Origin: Pavona decussata
Taxonomy: Eukaryota
Length of the DNA: 64,000 nucleotides
Assembly: GCA_977016875.1 (NCBI GenBank)
Contig: CDRNST010000093.1
Location: 5,270,001 to 5,334,000, forward strand
Direction of reading: 5' to 3'
How positions within the stretch are numbered: position 1 is the first letter of the stretch; each line of letters opens with the position of its first letter. The notes beneath the pieces were generated by a model. The model did not search any database. It worked only from the letters and a program-made list of their open reading frames with translations, and had not been told where the DNA came from. The translations under genes and the position numbers were made by a program. Positions 39,902 through 52,300 of the stretch are shown piece by piece.

Positions 39902-42443
39902 GTTAGTTATTTTCAATCAATTTTTGAAGCTAAGTTTTCTCGTGTCTGTGTGATTGGGAATCTGCTCGTCGCTTATAAATCGTTTGCGAATCAAAGAAAA
40001 TGCTTTTCATGAACTTTAGTTGGCTTATAAAGGTTTGGTATATTGAAACAGTATTTTAGTTTTCATTGAAAATTGCAAGCTGTGCATGTCACCTCTAAAG
40101 GACAAAAGTGCAACGTTTCGCGCCCTTTCTTCGTTCATTCTTGATTAAAACCAAGTTTTCTTTTGTTCCATTACAGGTAAAGCGTTCTAAGCTTAGTATT
40201 TTGATTAAAAATGTGCAAAGAAAATGCCAAAATTTTGCGTTGGAACTCACGAAAATGTCCATCTCTTTGCCTCAGACAGTTTTAATTAAGAGAGATACAA
40301 AAAATATAAAAATAGTAACGTTATGCGAGCCACTAGATGTAATGACCGACAGGTGTTTAACTGAAAGCATTTTTATCCTCTGTTCATAAATTATATTTTC
40401 CTGACAATATGACCACAACTTAGATAACAGTATGGCATGTACATTAGCCCAGACATTTAGACTCTTTTAAACTAAAAACACCATTTTAGTTTTATCAGAG
40501 GTGGGAAAACACAGTTGGACAGAAAATAAATAGATCACCTGTGTTTGAATAGCAGAAGATTCTAATAGATTTTACAGTCAAGCAAACTGCATGAAAAATT
40601 TATCGTTGGCAAAGATTGTGGTTATAAACCTGATTCTTAGTTTTATGACTTGGTTTGTTCCATTTTCTGGGAAGGACCCGCATTCTTTGAGGTTCCAGCT
40701 ATGATAAATGAAATTAATAAATAGAAATTATTTTACAATATTCGACTTAAGGAAAACCAAGTGTTCTCAAGCGTTCCTAAGGATTCCTTTGTCACTTTTA
40801 CTTAATGTTTGTTTTCTTTTCTCATTGTGATTTAGAATTAACGAATGTGATTTTTAAAGATCATAACTCGAGCTTAAATGATATCAAGCACTTTGTTGCG
40901 GACAATACAAGCATTTTTTTGTTGTCTAATGATGTGCTCTCTTTGCAAGAAATGAGACTTATCTAACGGTTGTGATAACATTTTAGATAGACCACCACTT
41001 GTAAATTACGCGAGTTATTGCCTATTTTAAAAGCGAGCAAAACCATGTTTTCTTGCTATTCGCTGCTAGAGACAATGGTATACTCTGTGTCCTCGGGAGG
41101 TTAATTGTAAATACGAGCTACATGTGAGAATTACTGATTTCGGATTGCAAACATTTGTTTCAGTGTCTTGTCTACAGACAAGTGCCTCATGTTGAAGGAT
41201 GGTTGCGCTCGTCTTCGAAGAGCGTGCAACATTTTGTTTCTGTAGACAATCGTCTGGTGATGTGAAAAATTTCGACATTTCCAAATCTGAAAGCTACGCA
41301 TCATACCCAGCCACTAATATATACAGCTCTTTCGACAAAGGTTGTCCAAAAAAGGCGTAAAAGCGTACGCGACAATGCCGAAAGGTAGTCTGGGAAATAC
41401 CCAATAAATTTCAATATAAGTTCAGAATCAATAAACTTCAATAAAATTCAAAATCAATAAATTTCAATAAAAGCTCAGAATCCATATTGTCCGCCATCGC
41501 TTTACCACATACGAATCGGTTCCGTCTCCTGTTGTCGCATTACACGAGAGCAAATACAAAAGATCAATGACACACTGGCTCGGGTACAATGCGTTATTGA
41601 AAACAAAGAGAATGCAAGTGATGAACAGGCACACTAGGACAGAACCAGCAAATCAGATATTCGTATTTTTCCATTCCTGGTTAGTTTGTTAATTTATAAG
41701 GCAGCCGAATAGGTTGCAAACCACTCCGTAATTTTTGTGGTTTCCGTCCTGAATTCACACAGTGTGTGCTTTCTGTTTCTTGAAAGTTCGCTCTGACCGC
41801 AAAACAGACGCCCGTGTTTTGAATCTGAGTCACCTTGGCGATGGCCTGCGTCGCAGACAGTCTATACAATCCCTGGTGTCGAGTTCTCTACAGGTCTTGA
41901 ATGACAAGACAGGCTCTCGAGTGAAAAGTCCGGCTGCAAGGCAGGCTACTTTATACGTCATTTCCGGCGGCTTATCAAGCCGAGGATTCCAAAGAGTTTG
42001 TAATTTGTTTTAAAAAACAGTGATTGTCGTTTATAGAAAACTGAGATAAAAGTAGGAAAACACAACTTTAGGCTACCAGGAGATGTTTACCTAAGCTGTC
42101 GCTTCTGGTGTTGGCGTTTCGGAAATGCCGCTGATCACTTGAGTCCGAAACAAAAAGGTGACCGAAAGATGGTGATTATAATCATTATTAACTAATTCAC
42201 AGCTTTTGAGCAAATAAGTTCCTCTCAGGGGATTTGGCTTTTATTTTACAACCGGACAAATCGCAGCTGCATCAGAGCGGTACGTTCACGACTACATTGA
42301 GGTCAAGCGAGACACTCTCAACGTTGAGTGTGTTCACCCAGAGCTTTACATCTGCAACTAAATCAGTCGCCGCGAAAAAATACGACCTAAAGAACTGGCG
42401 AAGCTGATGTTTTGAAACCAGAGTGTGGCACTTGAACTTACAA

Positions 42444-42846
42444 ATGGCCCTCAAATTCTCGAGACCAGCTAGTTCAAGATGGCGAAAGATTTCTGGAGAG
42501 AACCAAGACACACATTCTTCTGTTCTGTGCGGGCTAATAGCGGATGCAGATCCCGAATTGTGTGTCAAACTCTTGAAAACCCCGTCGATGAAACATTTTT
42601 CCGGGATTCGGCCTCGTCTGGAAAAGCCTGCTAGCGAGGAATGGCTAAGTGAATTCCTTACTCTCGGAGGACTTAACTGTTTGCTTGATGGTTTGTCGTC
42701 TTTGTCTTCTGGTAGTGGACTTACACGTTTCACCGAAGCCCTTGAACAAATCGAGTGTGTAAGGTGCATTAAAGCGGTTATGAATTCTCCAATTGGCTTA
42801 GAGCTAATGACTCGGACCAACGATTTAACTCGGTCGCTGATAAAAG
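42444..42846 (+). CDS. INF2: INF2-like formin, variable first coding exon V5
   Basis: MALKFSRPASSRWRKI...ADPELCVKLLKTPSMKHFSGIRPRLE...WLSEFLTLGGL...IECVRCIKAVMNSPIG...SLIK; donor G|GTAAGA, phase 1 (403 nt). Confidence 0.9.
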
Positions 42847-44072
42847 GTAAGAGAGAATAAATTTTTACCGCCATAAATAAATAGCGTTTGCCGGCATTAG
42901 AGGTTTGCGAACACCTTCCGTCTTCGAAATATTTCAATTTTTATACAAACGTTTTCAGTCCTAATTTCTGCAACGATAACGCGTACCGTTATCGAAATTA
43001 GAATTTTTTTCTTCTAAAGAAATACAGTTACGAATGGCTGTCAAAATTTTTATCTTTGAAAAGCGAGTTGGATCGAATTAATGAGTCAATATAAATTCAC
43101 CTATTGAATCTAGCGCTAGCCTTTATTTGACGTGGTGTGTAAAGAGTCCAGTGAACGAATATTGTTTGTTTGGGATTTACATGTAAAAGGAGGGGGAAAT
43201 TTGCATATGAAAGTTGGTTCTATTTTGCTTTCTACTATAACGACAATATGGCGTTTTTCCAGTTCATTTTCGACTTTATTATGACTGCAGTCAACCGGTT
43301 ACTCACACAATGAAATATTATTGTTGAATCAGTCAACTAAAATCTTTAAATTTTCTCGGAGTACACGTTTGTTACTACTGAGCGTCGATGATCTTTGCTT
43401 CTCTCCTGCCAGGCATGAGGCATTGTTTATGTATTTTATTTGGCTTTTATTTGGGTGTTTGAGCGCGGGAAAAATGTTACGGGGATAGTGAACTATTAAC
43501 AGATACTCAAGCGACGAAAATTACGGGGCAGACGTCACGTGACCTGTTTCGAAGAGCGCGTTTGATGCAGTAAGTGACGTTTCTGTCTTTGATTGGTATA
43601 TCTTAATTTCTGTATTTCCGCTGACGGGTAGGAAGACAAATGGACCTCCAAATCTCCTTCGCTTCTGTTTTCAATCTTCACAAGTACTCGGGTAGGCATT
43701 CGTATTTGCTTGCATGCATTCCACCCATGTGCGTTGCAAACCATGTGATTGTCTTTCGCGTTGCGGTGTTGGCGTGGTGGACAAGAACTTGAATCGACCT
43801 CTCAGATTTTGCGTCCAAATTACGGACACAAAATGCTTTTCAGGAAGACCTTGGCTCCTAAGGTAACTTTGAACAAGGTCGCTACCAAGGTTGGCTTTCA
43901 TCAAATTATGCAACGTTAGCCCCGATCTCATTGGTTGCGTCACCATCAACATTTCAGAAAATACTTTCTGCGTTCGCGGCCACTCATTTTACGCTAGCAG
44001 AATAGAGCCGCATGAGCGTTGGTTTAATACGCTACTACTTCATATATTGTTGCTTTACATTTACTAACTTTT

Positions 44073-44462
44073 AGGATGGTGCCTATCTTTGTGAGTGCGC
44101 ATGCGTTCTGCGCATCTTAGTCCGTTTACGATGTTCCGAGAATCTCGGGGTTATTTTTAAGCACAGTAGAAAGATATTTTTGCGCGGCTTATCAACATGA
44201 GGAAGAAAGCAGATCGAAAGAAGATGCTATTAGAATAAAAAAAAAATGGGGGAAACCACTCATTTATCAGACAACAAGGCGTCAATCAGGACGAAATGCC
44301 ATTACTGTAGAGCATTTTAAAGCTTTTTAGATCTGTTTTTTTTTTTTATGAAAAATGCGAGGTTACCTCCAATTTTCTTTTTGGGTTCTAGTAGTCTTTG
44401 CACAGATCTACTTTTTGCGCATAACGATTAACCACTGAAAAATGCCTTAGCAGGCACCGTCC
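44073..44462. mobile_element. Older copy of the GGACGGTGCC-terminus MITE family
   Basis: GGATGGTGCCTA ... AGGCACCGTCC; interior collinear with 48382-48762; partial third copy at ~59070-59192. Confidence 0.6.
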
Positions 44463-45269
44463 TACGATATGAAAATATAAATGCAGTTATTTTACGTAAG
44501 TCGCAAAAAGAAAAATAGAAAAAACGTCAAACTGATCGGCATCAATATTTGATGTTTGGTAGTATTTTTTTGCTACGTGACCGCTGTTTCCTAGGATAAC
44601 TATCACTGGCGTAGAAATGCAATAATTATCTTTTTGGTCCAAATCATTCAAATTTCAAAAAAAAATATAAAACAAACACTCGTAAGTACTTGCTGCATCA
44701 GAGAGATATTTACAATACATGTCGGTCACAGCTAATTTTGCTTTAAACTGATTGTGAAAATACATGTGTTTTCGGAACTTCCCCAAACGGGCACCTCTCT
44801 TGTTAAAGTAGACATTCAGTCATGTTCCCAGCCTCACACAAACTCTAACAGAGTCTTAACTTGCCAAAAAATGGATACCTCTTAAGCGGCAAGTTGTTTA
44901 AAGTATCAAGGTGTAGATTTACGCGAGGATCAGCCATATTGTAAGCTGTATATACAGATAACCGACCAGAATCTAACTAAATTGTATATTGGGTAGATCT
45001 ATATTCACCTTGATGAATGAATTTTTAATTCTTAAAAGCCATTGTCTGGTCTGAATAAAAAAAATTAGCTTTAGAGTGTTTTGAATGCAATTTGGATGAA
45101 ACAGAACCACAGGAAAGCGCTGCTCAGTAGCTTTCGTTTGAATGATCAAACGAACTCAAAGTTAGGATTCAAAACATGGCACGAAAGACGGAATATGCGG
45201 CGAGTGAAACCGTTGATTTGTTAGAGTAGGATGTTTTCCCATGCAGAACTAGCTTAAAATATATAATGT

Positions 45270-45483
45270 TTTGGGAAAGGATTGATATAGAAATAAATAC
45301 CAAAAAGTGTCAAAAATGGCTTTGAAAGAAACACAGACGTTTCGGGTATATAACCCTTCTCCAGTGTGGAGAAAACCGTTGAATTACGCTACCGGACACA
45401 CGCGCGCATATGAATAGTAACGCGCGCATGCATTAAATTCAATTCAATTATAGCTAAAAATTGAACTTTCCTTTCACCTTTAA
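45270..45483 (-). mobile_element. Short retroposed insert with 16-bp target duplication and hammerhead-like motif (Penelope-like)
   Basis: TTAAAATATATAATGT at 45254-45269 and 45484-45499; minus strand CTGGAGA-AGGGTTATATACCC-GAAAC. Confidence 0.55.
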
Positions 45484-46364
45484 TTAAAATATATAATGTC
45501 TAACATTCAAGACTTGTTACAACAGTGGACTCTGCGCGCTATCTCGCTATCTTTTGCATTCGAATTCCCGCTTTCTTGACCAAAAATTTGTTTTTCTTGT
45601 GCGTTCGTGACAGCAGGAGTCTGCGTTATATAAGCAATGATATTCAATTTCCAGATTCAAGGTACTGTTTGAATGCACCTGCGCTTAAATGAAGAACAAT
45701 TTCAAGTAATGATCACCTAATGGTTGGACTCCAGCTCAATTCAAATTGCACACTTATCTACAAACATGAAAAACCTCACGAACGTTAAATAGATATATTT
45801 TTTGGTTCAGCAAAGCAAAATTTTAATCCAATACCTCATACTTGTTTAAGGATTATATAAATTTATTTACGTCTTGGTGTATTCAACGAGCCTTGTCAAC
45901 AAAACAAACAGTGGAAAATGGTAGCTCATTTGCTATTCCAATTTTAATTACAACTTAGGCCTCTTACTGTAGAAATACTGCCTTAATGAATAACAAAACA
46001 TTAAATAGTATGACATTTGCAAATCAATGTTTCTATTCACAAAAAATCTGCCCTAGTTGCTCCTTTAATATCACTACGGATCTACAGTTCAGTTCGGTTT
46101 ACGTTTTTGTCTCGATTTAATTTCTTGATCGAGAATCTAACGTCCCAAGATTTAATCCTTCACGCGCACGAATTTTAAAAAAGGAAATCATGCTTTATAT
46201 CTCCAGTGGGCAGCGATTTGCATAGGGGAACGTTTAATAACGAGATAAGCCTAAACAGTTTCAGCTTATAATAACTTTTTCGCTGACCGCAAATGGTTTT
46301 CTGATTTATTTTTGTTTAATGGAAGCAAGGTAGTTTCTCTTCCTTGTTGCCTAAATTCGTCATT

Positions 46365-46761
46365 ATGGCTAATTTAAAATGTGCAAAAAGATGGAACGTT
46401 GTGAGGCAACAGTTTAACTGTTCGCGGGATGAAAAGCAAGTTGAGAACATCAACATTTCCAGCGATGTCTCTGCCGAACTGTGCGTCCGTTTGCTCAGCA
46501 CTTCGTTCCAGCAGAATTTTTCCGGACTCAAAACAAAACTTCAAACGAGCTCTGGTCAATGGATTTCAGAATTTCTTATTCAAGGTGGAATGGAAGCTCT
46601 CTTTCAAGCTCTAGAAAGGTTAAGCCGAGGCGGGAGAATGGCGTTTGTGGATGCGTTTATGCAACTGGAGTGCGTGAATTGTATCAAAGCGGTTATGAAC
46701 TCTAAACAGGGGCTGGACTCCATGATACAGAACAAGTCTTTGGTTCGTAGTCTGGCTAAAG
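46365..46761 (+). CDS. INF2: INF2-like formin, variable first coding exon V6
   Basis: MANLKCAKRWNVVRQQF...AELCVRLL...NFSGLKTKL...WISEFLIQGGM...MQLECVNCIKAVMNSKQG...SLAK; donor G|GTTGGC (weaker), phase 1 (397 nt). Confidence 0.88.
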
Positions 46762-48381
46762 GTTGGCGTTGTTGTATTTTCTTTAATCCATTTGTTTTGT
46801 TAACGACATGTTTTCAGCTTTTGCCTTTGGCGAATTAAGTTTTGAAGTGCTAAGTGAGTGCTATATGTTTCAGTTTTTACAAATGGATAGTTCAAAACTA
46901 AAACATATTTTCAGAGGTACTTTTAAAAGCTTGGCCGATAGATCAAGGAAAAATATTTTTCCTCGAAATTTAATAATCTGTAACTACGAAACGTAAAAAA
47001 ACTGTCACCGATTCGAGTTTGTGTCGGCGGTGAAAATTCTCTTCATTACTTTCTGTCCTGTCAAATTAATCATGCGTTATGAGTTCTGGGTGGGCGTCAT
47101 TTTGGTTTCACTTGGAAACTCACCGGGAGTCTCATTATAACACTACTAGTTTACAGTGATATCACTTAATATGTAAAATGTCTCTTCGCTCATTAATTAC
47201 TTTCACGACTTAAAAGATATTGACTTGTTTTGGCATCTAAACATGTCTTAGTGTTAAAAATGTCGTATGTCAAGTAAGGTAATCCACAAACAGTGCCCGG
47301 TTTGCTTTGTTCGGCAAGTGCCAAATTTGTTCTCATGTCGTGAAGAAAATGAGAAGCGTTCACATCCTAAGATAATTGGAATTCATTTTTGTAAGAGTGT
47401 GTCTTTCCGGTAGTATTAATAAAACAAAAAAGCGCTCGAGGCGAAAAGGAAGTCCGAAATTATATGAAGAAAAACGTGTTGTTAATCTTCCACGCGGGTA
47501 AACTTTGTCTTGGGTTGTATACAAACTGTTTGCAAATAGTTTTGTGACTTGATTAATATCATCGTCTGATCTTGACATATATACACGGGTAAAAGTGTTT
47601 ACTTGGCACTTAAATTGCAACTTTTTCATTATCGCTTTTCTCTTTTCTTCTGAAATGGAATATTTTAATTACCACAATAGCGTGGCAGTGATGTAATATC
47701 GTGAATTATAAGAAACTGGGTCATTGTACAATGCAGCTCCAGCGATTTGATTGGCTTAGCGGCCACGGTATATGAGCCATTATACCATGCCCGAGAAATG
47801 GCGACAATTAAATTGTGCGATAGCGATATTTCTTTACTGTTTTTAATAAAACAATTATTCCAGTAACGCTTGTTGGATTTGAGATGATTATAGCCTCGTT
47901 GGTTATCTATCATCTCTGTCATATCCAAGGCGCGCTCGTGGAATAATTGTCAATTTTATTTACCTTGGCCTGACAAATTCATACGAACCAGTCAGGCTCT
48001 TCTTATCATCACTACCTGATAATTTTCACTTATAAAATTGATGCAAAGTTACGGATACAGTTCAGGCAGACACACGGAGAAGCTTAGATTCAGTGTTAAG
48101 TGGCAAATTTCCAAAAGATTGACAATGCAAGAATTTTTTTGTCGAAAATGTGTCTTATGAAAACTGACTACCTCCTGGAATACCAACGAAGCGCGCTTTT
48201 GATTCAGGGTTGGGTTACTTCAGGGCGCAGGAAAGATTGTTTCTTTCATTTTATGGATTCTAGAGTGTATTACTTTTAGATTTGTTATTTTCACGCATTA
48301 TGGGAGGGTTTTACTCGCTTTTTCGTCATAACAAAAGCGTAGGGTAATTTATGTACACTATGCTTACAGATCAAGACTTAA

Positions 48382-48762
48382 GGACGGTGCCTACTTTTGT
48401 TACTGCGCATACGTTCTGCGCATCTCGAGATACTTGCGTTTCCTATGGGTGGCGCCTACTAATACAGGGATATTTTTGTGCGGTTTAAAACTATGCGGAG
48501 AAAGCAGAACCTAGCAAGTGCTCTTGGTATAAAAAAATGGGGGTTCAGAGATAAAAAAAAAAAAGCTTCAATTTTGAACAAAACGCCATACATTTCTTTG
48601 TATTTTACTGTTTTTCAGAATAATCGTTGCTTAATTATCTCTAAAAAATGCGAGGTTACCCCCAAATTTCGTTTTTGGATTTCAGTAGCCCTTGCTAAGA
48701 TCTGCTTTCTCCGCATAGTCATAAACCAAACAAAAATACTTCTTTATTAGTAGGCACCGTCC
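48382..48762. mobile_element. MITE with TTAA duplication (Kolobok-like)
   Basis: TTAA|GGACGGTGCCTAC ... GTAGGCACCGTCC|TTAA. Confidence 0.8.
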
Positions 48763-49352
48763 TTAAAGTTATGGCTTGTATTAATATTGACAACATAAAT
48801 AGAAACTTTGTATTTTTCCATGATTTTATGTTCTTTCATCTCTAATTGCGACGATTTTACTCGCGAAATTTTTACCAGACGATTTTGCACTATTCTCTAA
48901 GCCAAACCCCGCCAAAACTAAAGGCATTTTAATAAGTTAGAACATTTGTCCTGTGTAAGAAAAAATTCACACGACAATTTTGTTCAGTTTTGTTGTACTG
49001 GCTGTCAAGGTAACTTTACCGAGAAGAATTCCTGGATTTTTTTTTTTTCGCGTGAGCGGCACTGCGGGACCATGCAGTTCGGCCACAAACCAACTAGTTC
49101 CCAAACTCTTCCTTTCAGCTCACCTGTAATATTTCTTTGCCCGGCCCAGGCTGGTCAGAAACGATCAGGAGAACTATCTAACCGGTACTGTTAACCCACT
49201 GGCCGGTCAAGACAGCGTAAACAATGAATAATTTACCAGAATTCCATTCCCTGCAGTTTATTTGTAAACCATGTTATTTCTCTCACCAGCTAATAGTTTG
49301 AGTTAAATGGTACATGCAATGCTGATATTCGTTTCTTCTCGTTCAATTTCAG

Positions 49353-52300
49353 CTCTGGACACGAACAACACCATGATTAAGAAACAAGTTTTTGAACTTC
49401 TCTCCGCGCTGTGTCTTTATTCCACTCAAGGACATCAACTGGCTATAGATGCACTCGAGAATTACAAGGTATTTTGTGTGAAAATATGATTACCTGATAG
49501 CTTAGTGACTGGCACAGAAGCCATGATGGTTTAAAGGTTAACGCGTTGGACGTTTGATTGTAAAATCAGCGGCTTAACTCCTGAGTGCTTTCCATTAAAC
49601 CAAACTTTTTAGAAATTTTGATTTAAACAAAATGGATCAGGCCGGGGAGACAGACAGAAGCCTAACAAACTTGTTGCTTTTTGAATAAAATGAAACTACA
49701 ACAGTCAAGGCCACCGGCGCGTAACATGAAGGTCCCATCTTAGGGAAACCTACTCAACCCGTTTTGTTAATAATGTTTCAGATTTATTTATAAACGGTTT
49801 TTTAAGATAAGATTGATTTATCTTCTCACTAATCCCCATATATTCTTTACGATGCAAGTTGGGAGGATTTGTTTCAACACAAAACATTTTTTATCCTTTA
49901 GCAATCATTTCACCTATTCTCATGACCGTACATGAAGTGACAATGTTCGTGCATTAAGTGATGATGTAAGATGAAGTTAGATTCTGATCACTTTATACGT
50001 TGCATGTTACGTCATGGCGCCCATGTTGGTGGTTAGGAACAATGCAAAATATGTACGCAAATTTTCTTTTGTTTTGGCACCAACATGGCGGCAATACAGT
50101 CAACCTATTGGTTCCGACCGAAGCGTTAAAGGGAGAAACATGAACATACAGGCATACAAGACCCCAGAAAGACTTAACTAATTTAGATGTTGTGATATTG
50201 TGATATTTGCTTTAATTTAATCCGACATTTTTCTTTTTTTATTTCATTTGAACGCCAGCTCACCAAAGGACAAAGGTACAGATTTAGTCTGATCATCAAT
50301 GAACTCAAAAATGCTGAAGTGGTTCCATATATGACCACTTGCCTGGCTTTTATAAACACCATACTGATCGCCACCGAAGATTTTGACGAGCGGGTTAGAC
50401 TGCGAAACGAGTTTGCAGGTGAGAACAGAAACATTTGGTACCTAACTATTGCACAGCCGATTTTACAGTTGTGTGCTTAGTGACCTGGTCTTTGACTGGA
50501 AGCGAGGCTGGGCTAACCTTGTTGTGATACAAACCTCACTGCTTTTCATATGTACATCATGCTGTTCTTATGCTAACTGCTATGAAAAATAGTGAGGTTT
50601 GTATCAAAACAAAGTCGTCCCCAGCCTCGCTTCCAGTCAAAGAGCAGGTTACTAAGCACACAGCTGTAAAATGGGCTATATTGAATTTATTTTTGAACCT
50701 CGAGGCTTACCAGGATCAGCAATTTTCGTCTTTGTCATAAGACTGAAAAGAAGGCATGTTTGAAAACGTGAATGGATCCAAACCTCTATACTCTGCCTAG
50801 TATTTCTTTTTCTTATTCCAAATTGTAACGTTTTAACTAAACATAAACTCGAATGAAGACGTATATGCACGTGTACATTTTATACATCGAGACCTGGAGA
50901 GGTTACAGTGGCCTTGACCAAAAGATAAAAGCCAAATCTTCATGAACAAAGACATTGTGAAGGAAAGCTGAAAATTACAACTGGCCTCAAAAAGGTTTGT
51001 CAAACAGCGCTACAAGAAAGAAGCTAAAACTGTTAATTTGTGCGTTATTTAACTGTCGTCGAGTTAGACCACCTATTTTCAATTTTGCAGGTATTTTCCA
51101 TGCATTGTCGCTTATCGCAGCTCCGTATTGTCTAAATAATTGGTCACAACTTAGTTCCTTGCCGTTCAATGGTTGTGTGTTACTGCCTGCAGCGAGAAAA
51201 TTGTCGCGTAAGGTGCTTGTGGTTTAAATATTTATTGCAATTGGTCAGCATAGAGAACGTTTATTTACATTTAGAATTCGTCCCCGTGAATTCTGCTCCG
51301 TGCGAAATAGCAGGTGTATGGATCGATCTAAAAAACACGTCGATCTTTTTCATAACAACACTTTAGAATCGCAGGAGATTTCTAGTAGTTCTGAATATGA
51401 AAGCCTGCTTTTCTTCGACAAACATTTTGAAGCTTTCTCAGATTATTGTGGGGTTGTAATTGTCATCAAATAATTCGAGAAAAGAACATTTTTTTGAGGC
51501 GAAATTATCGTGGCGTAGAAAGTATGTCAGCATGGAACCCTGTTTTGCTGCAAATTAATGGCTCCGATATATTCCACTTCAGGTTTGGAATTGCTGGATA
51601 TTCTGAGTAATTTGAGGTGAGAAATAATTTAACAGTTAAAATTAAGAAAATAGACTATGATATGTAAACTATTTAGAGCTTCTACTGTATTTCGTTTCCT
51701 TTTTTCTATGCGCACTAAAGCTACACGACTGGTGATAACAAAATAAGTCCAATATTACATGCGTGGTGAAGTTTTACTCGCGAGCTTTCTTGTAGTAGCT
51801 ACACAATACAATGACGGTGTTTTGGATATCAACATCGCAGACGCGTACGGTCGATCAGAGAAAACAAACTACACCGCTAATGTGTGACGCTTTTTGAACT
51901 GAATACACTAATAACATTAGTTTCACGAAGCTTGGGAATCGTTAAAACTACTTACCTAGATGGCGAAATTTTATAACAAGAAAGAAGTGAGCGTTTTTCT
52001 TTGCGGGTTCACAGAAACCCTTCAGTCCGAGCTAAAGTCTCAACGTTAAAATGAATCCGAAATGTCGAGCAGAAAGTTCTGCGTTCTTAATTCCATTCAG
52101 GACACTTTCTAAAATATTACAGTGTAAAAAGACATCCTGCGTCTCCGAGGATGGAATAATGACGAAACGCTTTTAAAAAATGGTTTAACAATTTATGTCC
52201 AAGACCTTGGTGACTCGAAATGGAACTCAGGAAGATTTTAAAAGAAGTGCTTTTATGTTCGGGACATTGTTGCTATTTTTCCCACTCTCTTTCAGTAGAC

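Noticed and set aside
42272-42937. 221-aa minus-strand ORF
   Set aside because: Antisense shadow of cassette V5 with no recognisable motif; similar shadows lie over V1, V2, V4 and V6
28472-46761. Six separate tandem formin genes, or short stand-alone DID genes
   Set aside because: Each ORF loses homology exactly at a shared phase-1 donor, and no downstream formin exons were seen between cassettes
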